Below are positions 1 to 8,424 of a DNA stretch of 41,774 nucleotides, in pieces (position 1 is the stretch's first letter; the number at the start of each line of letters is the position of its first letter). Source of the DNA: Chloroflexota bacterium (lineage in GTDB: Bacteria > Chloroflexota > Dehalococcoidia > UBA2979); contig JAQBZW010000003.1 of assembly GCA_027622315.1 (NCBI GenBank), positions 1 to 41,774 of the forward strand, given 5' to 3'. Below the pieces are notes generated by a model, which was not told the DNA's origin, did no database searches, and saw only the letters and a list, made by a program, of their open reading frames with translations. The position numbers were made by a program, and so were the translations under genes.

Positions 1-103
1 CCGCGCGAGCGGGGCTCGTTCCGTATGCGCCTCCCGGCGAGGTGCTGCCTCCGTCCGATATGCTGAGTGGGAGCACGAGCACTCGAGCATGAAGGAGGGT
101 GCA

Positions 104-559
104 ATGCAGCCTTGGATCGTCGTCGGTTCGCCCGAGAACTTCGAGAAGCTTCGCGAGCGGAGCTTCGATCTCTCCGCCTTCAAGTCCAGCCGCAAGCGCG
201 AATCCGGCCAGATGGCGCCGGGCGACCGGCTCGTCTATTACCTCACCGGCGTCGTCCAGTTCGGTGGCGTGGTCGAGGTCACCGGCGAGGCGTACGAAGA
301 TCACTCGGACATCGGCCTGCTCTCCGAGGGCAAGCCCGACGAGGACTTCCCCTTCCGTATCGAGACGAAGCCGCTGCTCGTCCCCAAGCCGGGCGACTAC
401 ATCGAGGTGCGCGAAATCACCGATCTCCTGGAGAAGACGCGCAAGCTCGGGCCGAAGAAGCTCGGCATGGCGTTCCGCGGCAACCTCCACAAGATCACGC
501 AACAGGACTACGAGACGATCGAACGCCTGCTCCGCGAGCGCGCGAAGCAGCCCGCCTGA
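104..559 (+). CDS. EVE domain-containing protein (PUA-like nucleic-acid-binding fold)
   Basis: N-terminal W-I-V-V-G-S-P-E-N-F, MAPGDRLVYY and C-terminal LHKITQQDYETI match the EVE pattern; GGAGG RBS precedes ATG 104. Confidence 0.8.
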   Translation: MQPWIVVGSPENFEKLRERSFDLSAFKSSRKRESGQMAPGDRLVYYLTGVVQFGGVVEVTGEAYEDHSDIGLLSEGKPDEDFPFRIETKPLLVPKPGDYIEVREITDLLEKTRKLGPKKLGMAFRGNLHKITQQDYETIERLLRERAKQPA

Positions 560-614
560 GCCGCGCGGCTGGCGACGGCTTCGTGCTCTGCGCGTGACAT
601 ACGATCGCAGCAAC

Positions 615-1040
615 ATGACGAACGAGACGAACGAAGGGCCCCGCCGCCTCCATCGCAGCCGCGATCGCAAGATCGCCGGCGTGGCCGGTGGCATCGCGGA
701 CTACCTCGAGCTCGACCCGACGCTGGTGCGGCTCGGATTCGCCGTGCTCGCGTTGCTCGGCCTGGGTAGTGTGGCGGTGGGCTACGTCGTGCTGTGGCTC
801 GTGATCCCGCCCCCCGGGGCCGAGGCGGACGCCGAGGTTCACGCCGGGCAGCTCCCCGTTCTCCAGTCGAAGGTCCTGCTCGCCGTGATCGCAGTGCTGC
901 TGGTGCTCGCACTGGGCGGTGGCATCGCGTGGGTGGGCGCGCTGAGCGTCCAGCTGCTGCGTATCTCCGTGCCGATCTGGATCATCGTGATCGCCGGCGC
1001 GTACCTGCTGATGCGGACCCGTCCCACGCGGGCGTCCTGA
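615..1040 (+). CDS. PspC domain-containing membrane protein
   Basis: RLHRSRDRKIAGVAGGIADYLELDPTLVR...YVVLWLVIP is the PspC signature, followed by two further hydrophobic segments; TACGAT at 600-605. Confidence 0.88.
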   Translation: MTNETNEGPRRLHRSRDRKIAGVAGGIADYLELDPTLVRLGFAVLALLGLGSVAVGYVVLWLVIPPPGAEADAEVHAGQLPVLQSKVLLAVIAVLLVLALGGGIAWVGALSVQLLRISVPIWIIVIAGAYLLMRTRPTRAS

Positions 1041-1051
1041 GTGCGCGCGCC

Positions 1052-2953
1052 GTGACTACCCCTCCGCCCGCCCAGCTGAAGCACCCCTTCCTGCGTGCGC
1101 TCGAACGCGGCGTCGTGCTGGGCGATGGCGCGACCGGCACGGCATTGCGCGAGCGCGGCTGGTCCGGCCGCGGCGACATCGCCGCGCTCGAGCGTCCGGA
1201 TCTCGTGCGCCAGCTGCACGAGGACTACATCGAAGCCGGCGCCGAGCTGATCCTCACCAACACGTTCGCCGCGAACCGGCAGCTGATGGGACGGCACGGC
1301 CTCGCGTATCGAGTGCGCGACGCCAACTTCCAGGCCGCGCGAGTCGCGCGCGACGCTCGCGAGATCAAGGGCGCGCCCGTCTTCGTTGGTGGGTCCGTGG
1401 GCCCGCTCGGGCGCGACTTCGCGATCGGCGCGCTTTCCGTCGACGACGCCGAGTCCGCCTTCCTCGAGCAGATCGCCGCGCTCGTCGAGGGCGGCGTGGA
1501 CTTGCTGGTGATCGAGACGATGTCCGGTCTGAGCGAAGCGCTCGCCGCGCTGCGGGCGGCCCGTCGCAGCACGGACCTGCCGGTGATCGCGATGGTGAAC
1601 TTCACCGCCTCGCTGACCACCGCGTCCGGCGAGTCGCTCCTGACCGTCGCGCGCGCGCTCACGGAGGGCGGTGCGGACGTCGTCGGGGTGAACTGCGGTG
1701 TCGGTCCGCAAGCAGCGTTGGACATGCTCGCGGAGCTGGCAGGCCAGCCGGCGATCGCGCCGCTCGCGGTGAAGCCGAACGCGGGCATGCCGCGTGTTGC
1801 CGGCGGTCGCCTCGTCTACCCGTCCACACCCGCCTACTTCGCCGACTTCGCGCGCCGCGCCAAGGATCTCGGCGCCGCCTTCATCGGCGGCTGCTGCGGC
1901 ACGACGGACGACCACGTGCGGGCGATGCACGAGGCGCTCGCCGGCGCCGGCATCGCCGCTGTCGGCGGGCGTGTCGCGGGCGGCGTCGGGGAGACGGTGG
2001 ACACGCGCGGCGCGCTCGCGTCCGGCGACGCCGCACCGGAGCCGCGTGAGCCGTCCGCGGAGGGGGCGACCCCGCGCCTCCGCGACAAGCTGGCGTCCGG
2101 GAAGTTCGCGATTTCTGTGGAGATCGATCCTCCGCGCGGGGTGAACCCGCGTAAGGCAATCGAAGGCGCACGGGAACTGTTCGCTGCCGGCGCCGACGCG
2201 ATCAACATCGGCGACTCGCCGATGGCGCGGGTGCGCATGAGCGCGCTCTCACTCGCCGTTCAGATCGAGCACGCCGTGGGCATCGAGACGATCATCCACC
2301 AGACGACGCGCGACCGGAACCTGATGGCGCTGCAGTCCGATCTGCTCGGCGCGTACGCGCTCGGTATCCGCAACATCATCGCCCTCACCGGGGACCCGCC
2401 GCCCGAGGCGTCGCGCTCGTCCGCCGTCTGGGACGTGGACGCGATCGGCTTCATTCGCGTGCTCAAGCGACTGAACGAAGGTGTCGACTTCGCCGGCAAC
2501 TCGATCGGTCGGGCGACCGACTTCTACGTCGCGTGTGCGGCGAACCCGACCGCCGAGGACGTCCAACTCGAGCTGTCCCGGCTGCGCGAGAAGCTCGACG
2601 CCGGCGCGGATCTCGTCATGACGCAGCCGGTCTACGACGCGCACACCGTGCTCGAGTTCTTCGAGCGGTTGGGCTCGATCGATGTCCCCGTGCTGCTCGG
2701 TGTCATGCCACTCGTGTCGTCGCCGCACGCGGAGTTCATCCACAACGAGCTCGCGGGCGTCGTGGTGCCGGAGGACGTGCGCGCGCGCATGCGCTCCGCC
2801 GGCGAGGCGGGCGTCGCGGCCGGCCTCGAGATCGCCATGGAGCAGGTCGACGAGGCGCGCGCGTTCGAGTTCGTGTCGGGCATCTACATCATGCCGTCGT
2901 TCGGGCGCTACGAGGTCGCCGCGGAGATGGTGCGACGGACGGCGGCCCCCTGA
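1052..2953 (+). CDS. yitJ: Bifunctional homocysteine S-methyltransferase / 5,10-methylenetetrahydrofolate reductase (YitJ-like)
   Basis: DGATGT, GVNCG and GGCCGT (Zn-binding HMT domain), then VEIDPPRG, TRDRNLMALQSDLLGA, ALTGDPP and MTQPVYD (MTHFR domain); GTG start inferred. Confidence 0.9.
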   Translation: MTTPPPAQLKHPFLRALERGVVLGDGATGTALRERGWSGRGDIAALERPDLVRQLHEDYIEAGAELILTNTFAANRQLMGRHGLAYRVRDANFQAARVARDAREIKGAPVFVGGSVGPLGRDFAIGALSVDDAESAFLEQIAALVEGGVDLLVIETMSGLSEALAALRAARRSTDLPVIAMVNFTASLTTASGESLLTVARALTEGGADVVGVNCGVGPQAALDMLAELAGQPAIAPLAVKPNAGMPRVAGGRLVYPSTPAYFADFARRAKDLGAAFIGGCCGTTDDHVRAMHEALAGAGIAAVGGRVAGGVGETVDTRGALASGDAAPEPREPSAEGATPRLRDKLASGKFAISVEIDPPRGVNPRKAIEGARELFAAGADAINIGDSPMARVRMSALSLAVQIEHAVGIETIIHQTTRDRNLMALQSDLLGAYALGIRNIIALTGDPPPEASRSSAVWDVDAIGFIRVLKRLNEGVDFAGNSIGRATDFYVACAANPTAEDVQLELSRLREKLDAGADLVMTQPVYDAHTVLEFFERLGSIDVPVLLGVMPLVSSPHAEFIHNELAGVVVPEDVRARMRSAGEAGVAAGLEIAMEQVDEARAFEFVSGIYIMPSFGRYEVAAEMVRRTAAP

Positions 2954-3026
2954 GCCGGCGGCCCGGATCGCAGGCGCAGGCCGGTGCACTGTTACGATCA
3001 CTTCGTAGGCGGCACCGGGAGGTCCC

Positions 3027-4856
3027 GTGGTGACCGAGCAGAGCCCATTCCACTTCTCTCCACGCCCGAACCGCGCGGACGCGATCCCCTGGCAAGAGTG
3101 GAGTGCCGACGTCTTCGCGCGCGCACGCGCCGAGGACAAGCCCGTGCTGCTCTCGATCTCAGCGGTGTGGTGCCACTGGTGCCACGTCATGGACGAGTCG
3201 ACGTATTCGGATCCCGCGGTCGCCGAGCTGCTGAGACGCCACTTCGTGTGCGTCCGCGTGGACGCGGACGAGCGCCCTGATCTCGACGCGCGTTACAACG
3301 CCGGCGGCTGGCCGACGACCGCGTTCCTCACGAGCGATGGCGGCGTGATCACGGCGGTCACCTACCTGCGGACGGAGCAGATGCTCGACGTGCTGCATCG
3401 TGTGCAGGAGGGTTGGCTCGTCAACCGCGAGAGCATCGCGGGCGAGATCGAGGCCGGCCGCGTGGAGCGCGAGCGCCAGCTGCTGCTCGCGACCGTTGGT
3501 GGGTTCCTGACGCCCGAGACGCTCGATGCCGCGCTCGCGACGCTCGACGAGCGCTACGACGACACGCACGGTGGCTTCCGCGCCGCCGAGTCGGGCGAAC
3601 GCGCCGAGCTGAAGTTCCCGAACATGGCCGCACTGCGCCTGCTGCTCTACGCCTACCGGCGCCGGGGCGACGAGCGCGCGCTCGCGCGCGCTCGCTTCAC
3701 CCTCGCGGAGATGGCAGCGAACTCGCTGTTCGACTCGATCGAGGGCGGCTTCTTCCGCTACGCCACCCGCCCCGACTGGGGGGAACCGCATTACGAGAAG
3801 CTCAGCCGTGACCAGGGTGCGGCACTGCTCGCGCTCGGCGAATTCGCGCTGATCGACGAGCAGGCCGAGGACTGGGCACTCCCGATCGTCGAGCAGACGG
3901 TGGCGTATCTTGCGGCCGTGCTCGCCGAGCCGAGCGGCGGATTCCTCGGATCTCAGGATGCCGACGAGGCCTACTACCAGAAGGACGAAGGCGGCCGCGC
4001 CGCTCATGGCGCCCCGGCCGTCGATCACCGGGTGTATGCGGCCTCCACCGCGGCGCTCGCACGCGGTCTCATTCAGTGCGGCGTCAGCTTCCGGCGGCGC
4101 GACTGGGTCGAGCGCGGGTTGCGCGCGGTGGACTTTCTGCTCGCCGAGATGCAGGCGGGCGAGGCCGGCATGTACCACGCGTGGGACGGATCGGCCTACG
4201 GGCTCGGCCTGCTCGCGGATCAGACACAGACGATGCTGGCGCTGCTCCACGCCTACGAGGTGACCGGACGGCCGAACTACCTCGAGCGCGCACAGGCGCT
4301 GGCACGCGCGCTCGAACGCGAGTGGCGCGATCCCCGACACGGCTTCTGGGATACGGCGGATAGCCACGACACCACCGGACGGCTCCGCGAGCCGCTCAAG
4401 CCGATCGGCGAAAACGCCGAGGCGGCGGAGGCCTTCCTCTGGCTCGGTCGCCTCACGCACGACGAGCGCTTCCTGCGCACAGCGCACGAGACGCTGAGCG
4501 AATTCGCCGGTGCGCTCGCCGATCATCGCGTCGAAGACGCCGGCTACGCGCGGGTCGCGGATCGCTTGCTCTCGGCCGAGGCGGAGATCAAGATCGTCGC
4601 CGAGACGGCCCCCGGCGAACCGGACCGCGTCGCCGACCCGCTCCACCAGGCCGCGCTGCGGCTGCCGCTGGCGGCGCGCACGGTGCAGCGGCTCTACCTC
4701 ACCGGCGATCGCACGCTGCTCGAGCAGCTGCGCCTGCCGATGGAACGCTCACGCGTGGCCTATGTCTGTGTGGGCTCGGTGTGCACCGCGCCGCTCACAG
4801 ACCCGGAGCAGCTGATGCATGCGATCGAGGATGCGCTCAGCGCGCCGGCGTTCTGA
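3027..4856 (+). CDS. Thioredoxin domain-containing protein, DUF255/YyaL (SSP411) family with alpha/alpha barrel
   Basis: WCHWCHVMDESTY, DADERPDLD, GGWPTTAFLT, GGFFRYA..DW..PHYEK, C-terminal AYVC...C; GGGAGG RBS. Confidence 0.9.
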   Translation: MVTEQSPFHFSPRPNRADAIPWQEWSADVFARARAEDKPVLLSISAVWCHWCHVMDESTYSDPAVAELLRRHFVCVRVDADERPDLDARYNAGGWPTTAFLTSDGGVITAVTYLRTEQMLDVLHRVQEGWLVNRESIAGEIEAGRVERERQLLLATVGGFLTPETLDAALATLDERYDDTHGGFRAAESGERAELKFPNMAALRLLLYAYRRRGDERALARARFTLAEMAANSLFDSIEGGFFRYATRPDWGEPHYEKLSRDQGAALLALGEFALIDEQAEDWALPIVEQTVAYLAAVLAEPSGGFLGSQDADEAYYQKDEGGRAAHGAPAVDHRVYAASTAALARGLIQCGVSFRRRDWVERGLRAVDFLLAEMQAGEAGMYHAWDGSAYGLGLLADQTQTMLALLHAYEVTGRPNYLERAQALARALEREWRDPRHGFWDTADSHDTTGRLREPLKPIGENAEAAEAFLWLGRLTHDERFLRTAHETLSEFAGALADHRVEDAGYARVADRLLSAEAEIKIVAETAPGEPDRVADPLHQAALRLPLAARTVQRLYLTGDRTLLEQLRLPMERSRVAYVCVGSVCTAPLTDPEQLMHAIEDALSAPAF

Positions 4857-4886
4857 GCCGGCGGATCGCCGAGCGCGGGGCTCGCG

Positions 4887-5411
4887 CTAGCCGCGCCGCC
4901 CGCCCGGCGCCGACGTGACGTGATCGACCAGGCGCTGGATGCGCCACATGCCGTCGAGATCGCGTTCGTTCATCTCCTGGACCCGCTCGATCAGCGTGAC
5001 CGCGCCGCGGTACGGGTCGATGCCAACGTGCTCCCACGCTCCGCCCGCCGTGCGCAGATTCCACACGGTCTCCTCGCGCAGCATCATGAAGTCCCAGACG
5101 AGATCTTCGATGCGAGCCCCGCGGTAGTCGTGATCGACGGGGCCGTACTGCGCTCGGCGCGCCGCGATCGGGGCGCCGTCGCGTTCGATCATCATCTCGA
5201 GCACATGCAGATCCTCGCGCTCGCTGTCGCGGAGGAAGCCCACGATCTCCTTGATGCACCAGTCTTCCGCGAGCGCATCGTCCGCGCGCGCGGTCAGCGC
5301 GTGCTCGTCGAGGCCGACGACGAGGCCCTCGATGCGATGCGCGATCTCCCGAAGCGCTTTCATGAGGTAGCGCCGCTTGTCTCCGTACTGGGCGACGATG
5401 TATTGCGGCAT
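4887..5411 (-). CDS. DinB/YfiT-like four-helix bundle protein (degenerate metal site)
   Basis: W-C-I-K-E-I-V-G-F-L-R-D resembles the DinB WSxxExxxHL motif, with typical length and layout; start could be 5420 or 5447. Confidence 0.65.
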   Translation of the reverse strand: MPQYIVAQYGDKRRYLMKALREIAHRIEGLVVGLDEHALTARADDALAEDWCIKEIVGFLRDSEREDLHVLEMMIERDGAPIAARRAQYGPVDHDYRGARIEDLVWDFMMLREETVWNLRTAGGAWEHVGIDPYRGAVTLIERVQEMNERDLDGMWRIQRLVDHVTSAPGGRRG

Positions 5412-5505
5412 CGCCAGCATCGTCCGGCGGGCCCGATCGCCTGTCAATCGTTCCGATGGCCCGTCGCGGATACGATGCGTCGAAGCGTGGTGGAGGGGAC
5501 GAACG

Positions 5506-5892
5506 ATGAGCGACGAAGCGGCACGGGTCGCCGGGATCGGATTGCTCGACCTCGTACTCGCGCGAGCGGACGACGTACCGGCGACCGCCGTGTTCTATCG
5601 CGATGTGCTCGGGGCGACGGTGCAGAGCATGTCGCCGGCCTGGGCGCAGGTCCGGCTCGCGAACGTCGACATCGGGATCCACGAGCGGGGCGCCGGCGCT
5701 GACGCCTGGGAGCCGGGCTTTCGCGTGGCCGACATCGCAGCGTTCAGGGCGCACCTGCTCGCCAGTGGCGTGGCGATCACGCAGGACTTCCACGAGATCC
5801 CCGGTGGGGTAAAGCTCGGATTCCGCGATCCTGCCGGAAATCCGATCGCCGTCTACCAGTACGGCGTGCGCGTGGCGGATCTCTCCGCGTGA
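5506..5892 (+). CDS. VOC family (glyoxalase/bleomycin resistance) protein
   Basis: DDVPATAVFYRDVLG, FRVADI and FRDPAGNPI motifs; GGAGGGG RBS. Confidence 0.85.
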   Translation: MSDEAARVAGIGLLDLVLARADDVPATAVFYRDVLGATVQSMSPAWAQVRLANVDIGIHERGAGADAWEPGFRVADIAAFRAHLLASGVAITQDFHEIPGGVKLGFRDPAGNPIAVYQYGVRVADLSA

Positions 5893-5953
5893 TGACACGC
5901 CTTGGGCGGGCTTCGTTGTTCCTGCTCGTCCGCGTTCCTACGATCGGCAGCGC

Positions 5954-6784
5954 GTGAACGCCGCCTCTCTGCCGTACTCACTGCTCATCCTGCTCGTCGA
6001 GCTCGCCGTCGGGTCGCTCGTGATGCTCGCGGTGTTCGACGGGCGGCGACAGGTCACCACGGGCTACGTCAAAGCGGGCGCCGTGACGATCGTGCCGCTG
6101 GTGCTGCTGGCGCTCTGGCTGGACGCCACTCTCGGCTCCCCCCTCGAACTGGACGGATACCCGCTGAGCCCGGACTGGGCCACGCCGCTGCGTCTCGCGC
6201 TCGTCGTCTTCGGCGCGCTCACGCTTGCCCATCTCGTCGCGGCGCTGCTCGAGCGCCATCGCGCTGGCGTGCTGCTCGCGGCGATCGGCAGCGCGGCGGG
6301 CATCGTGGCGCTCGCGCTGCTCGCGGCGCTGATCGCCGCGCCCACGTGGTCGTATGCGCTGATGCTGGCGAGCGTGCTGGTGGCGGCCGGTGTGCTCGGC
6401 GCGGCGCTGATGTCGATGATGTGGGGCCACTGGTACCTCACCTCGGGCCGGCTCCCCAAGGAGCCGATGGAGCGGATGGCGCTGATCGTGCTCGCCGCGC
6501 TGATCGTGCAGGGCGTGCTGGTCTTCGCCGGCACGGTGCTGCCCGCGCGGGAGGTGCCACTGACCGAGGGCTTCGGCGTCAGCCTCGGGCAGAACCCCGC
6601 CTACTGGCTGCGGGTCGGTGTCGGGCTGATCTTTCCCGCGCTGCTGGCGGTGCTCGCGTGGAGGTCGGCGCAGATCCGAGGGATGATGTCGGCGACCGGA
6701 CTGCTGTACATCGCGCTCGGCGCGGTGCTCGCCGGCGAAGTGCTCGCGCGAGGCCTGCTCTTCAGCACGGGACTTCCGCTCTAG
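5954..6784 (+). CDS. Polytopic membrane protein (about 8 TM), possibly DmsC/NrfD-like anchor family
   Basis: Eight hydrophobic segments; MMWGHWYL and MSATGLLY motifs; C-terminal GEVLARGLLF resembles the DmsC C-terminus. Confidence 0.6.
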   Translation: MNAASLPYSLLILLVELAVGSLVMLAVFDGRRQVTTGYVKAGAVTIVPLVLLALWLDATLGSPLELDGYPLSPDWATPLRLALVVFGALTLAHLVAALLERHRAGVLLAAIGSAAGIVALALLAALIAAPTWSYALMLASVLVAAGVLGAALMSMMWGHWYLTSGRLPKEPMERMALIVLAALIVQGVLVFAGTVLPAREVPLTEGFGVSLGQNPAYWLRVGVGLIFPALLAVLAWRSAQIRGMMSATGLLYIALGAVLAGEVLARGLLFSTGLPL

Positions 6785-6841
6785 ACAGCGCGTATGATTG
6801 GGCAGCCCCCGCTCCGCCGCGCGACCCCTTGGAGGATCGCG

Positions 6842-7570
6842 GTGCCGGACCACCCACATCTCGAACCCGGCGCACGTGACCGTCTGCCTGCCTCGCTCGG
6901 CGAGATAGGAATCCGCGGACGCCTGCGCGACGTAACCAGATCGGGCAGCGGGGATCGTGCTCGCGCGAGTGAGCCGACACCTGCCGACGACCAGTTGATG
7001 GCGCGCATGGGGCGCGGCGAGATTGTCGCTCTCGAACTGGTGTACGACCGGTATTCCGCGCTCGTCTTCTCGGTGAGTTACCGCGTGTTGAACGACCGCC
7101 AGCTCGCCGAAGATGTCGTTCAGGAGGTGTTCCTCCGCCTCTGGCGGCGACCCTCCTCGTATGACCCGGAGCGCGGTCGCTTCATCAGCTGGTTAATGTC
7201 GGTGACTCGGAACCGGGCACTCGACGAGCAGCGACGCATCACGCGCCGGCGGCGTGTCGAGTACCGGGACGAAGAGCCGATGTACCAGCTGGCGTCGCGT
7301 GACGCCGCGGACGATCCGCAACTCGGGGCCGAGCTGGCCGAACGCCGGCAGGTCGTCCGCGAGGCGATGACGCGACTGCCCCCGGCGCAGCGCCGGGTGC
7401 TCGAACTGGCCTACTTCAGTGGGCTGACACAGGTGGAGATTGCGGAGCGCACGGGCGATCCGCTGGGCACGGTGAAGACCCGGGTGCGGCTCGGGATGCA
7501 GAAGTTGCGCGAAGCGCTGAGTGATGTCACCAGCGATGGGGCCGGCGGGGGTAGCGATGACGCCGGATGA
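6842..7570 (+). CDS. ECF RNA polymerase sigma factor (SigK-like)
   Basis: AEDVVQEVFLRLWR, YDPERG...WL...RNRALD, LAYFSGLTQVEIAERTGDPLGTVKTRVRLG; GTG 6842 follows GGAGG, start uncertain. Confidence 0.9.
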   Translation: MPDHPHLEPGARDRLPASLGEIGIRGRLRDVTRSGSGDRARASEPTPADDQLMARMGRGEIVALELVYDRYSALVFSVSYRVLNDRQLAEDVVQEVFLRLWRRPSSYDPERGRFISWLMSVTRNRALDEQRRITRRRRVEYRDEEPMYQLASRDAADDPQLGAELAERRQVVREAMTRLPPAQRRVLELAYFSGLTQVEIAERTGDPLGTVKTRVRLGMQKLREALSDVTSDGAGGGSDDAG

Positions 7571-8420
7571 ACGTGAAGAGCTGCTCGCGGCGTACGCGCT
7601 CGGCACGCTCAGCGCGCCTGACGCTGCAGACGTCGAGGCGCTCGTCGCCACGAACGCCCAGGCCGCCAGCGACCTCGCGCGGTACCACGAGCTCGTCGAT
7701 CTGATCGCACTGAGCGTGCCCATGCGGCGCGCCGACCCGCGCCTGCGCGAGCGCGTCATGGACGCCGCAGGCCGAGAGTCGCTCGGTCGGCGGGTACGCC
7801 GGCCACGGCTCTCACGACTGCTTCCTGCCGCGGCGCTCGTCGCCGTACTGGTGGTCACCTTCGTCTGGGGCCTCAGCCTGCGCTCCACGGTCTCCGAGCT
7901 GCGCTCTGAGTCCGCTGCGCTGACCGCCGTCGTGGAAACCAACGCCAAGCGGCTGGACGCGCTGGATGGCAGCCAGAGCGCGGTCCAGGAATCTCGCGCG
8001 CTCGGCGTCCAGCTGGCGACCGCACTCCAGGATCAGCAGGTGATTGCCGCCGTTCAGACAGATCCGAACGTGCGCTCGACTGATTTCGAACCCACGGCCT
8101 CCGGTCACGGCGCTGGTGGTCGCTACCTCTGGAGCGAGGCCGCCGACGCCGCCGTGATCGTCGCGCACGATCTGCCGCAACTCCCGTTCGGCAATGTGTA
8201 CCGCATCTGGGTCGAGGACTCGCTCGCACGGCTGACGCCGGTCATGACCTTCGTGCCAGATGGGCTCGGCAACGCGCAGGTGATCCTGCGCTCGCCGGCC
8301 ACGAGCGGGGTGGCGCGCATCTTTGTCGTGGCCACGTCGAACGACGATAGTGACACCGTCGAGGGGCCCGTCGTGCTCCAGGCGAGCCCCGGCGCCGATC
8401 GCTCGGTCGCCCCTCGCTAA
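7557..8420 (+). CDS. Anti-sigma factor (RskA-like), single TM
   Basis: EELLAAYALGTL N-terminus, central TM, C-terminal LPQLP...YRIW; overlaps the sigma gene stop. Confidence 0.85.
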   Translation: MTPDEREELLAAYALGTLSAPDAADVEALVATNAQAASDLARYHELVDLIALSVPMRRADPRLRERVMDAAGRESLGRRVRRPRLSRLLPAAALVAVLVVTFVWGLSLRSTVSELRSESAALTAVVETNAKRLDALDGSQSAVQESRALGVQLATALQDQQVIAAVQTDPNVRSTDFEPTASGHGAGGRYLWSEAADAAVIVAHDLPQLPFGNVYRIWVEDSLARLTPVMTFVPDGLGNAQVILRSPATSGVARIFVVATSNDDSDTVEGPVVLQASPGADRSVAPR

Positions 8421-8424
8421 AGGG

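Noticed and set aside
104-559. EVE protein as part of a modification-dependent restriction or toxin-antitoxin system
   Set aside because: No nuclease, methyltransferase or toxin gene is adjacent within the window; sequence upstream is not visible
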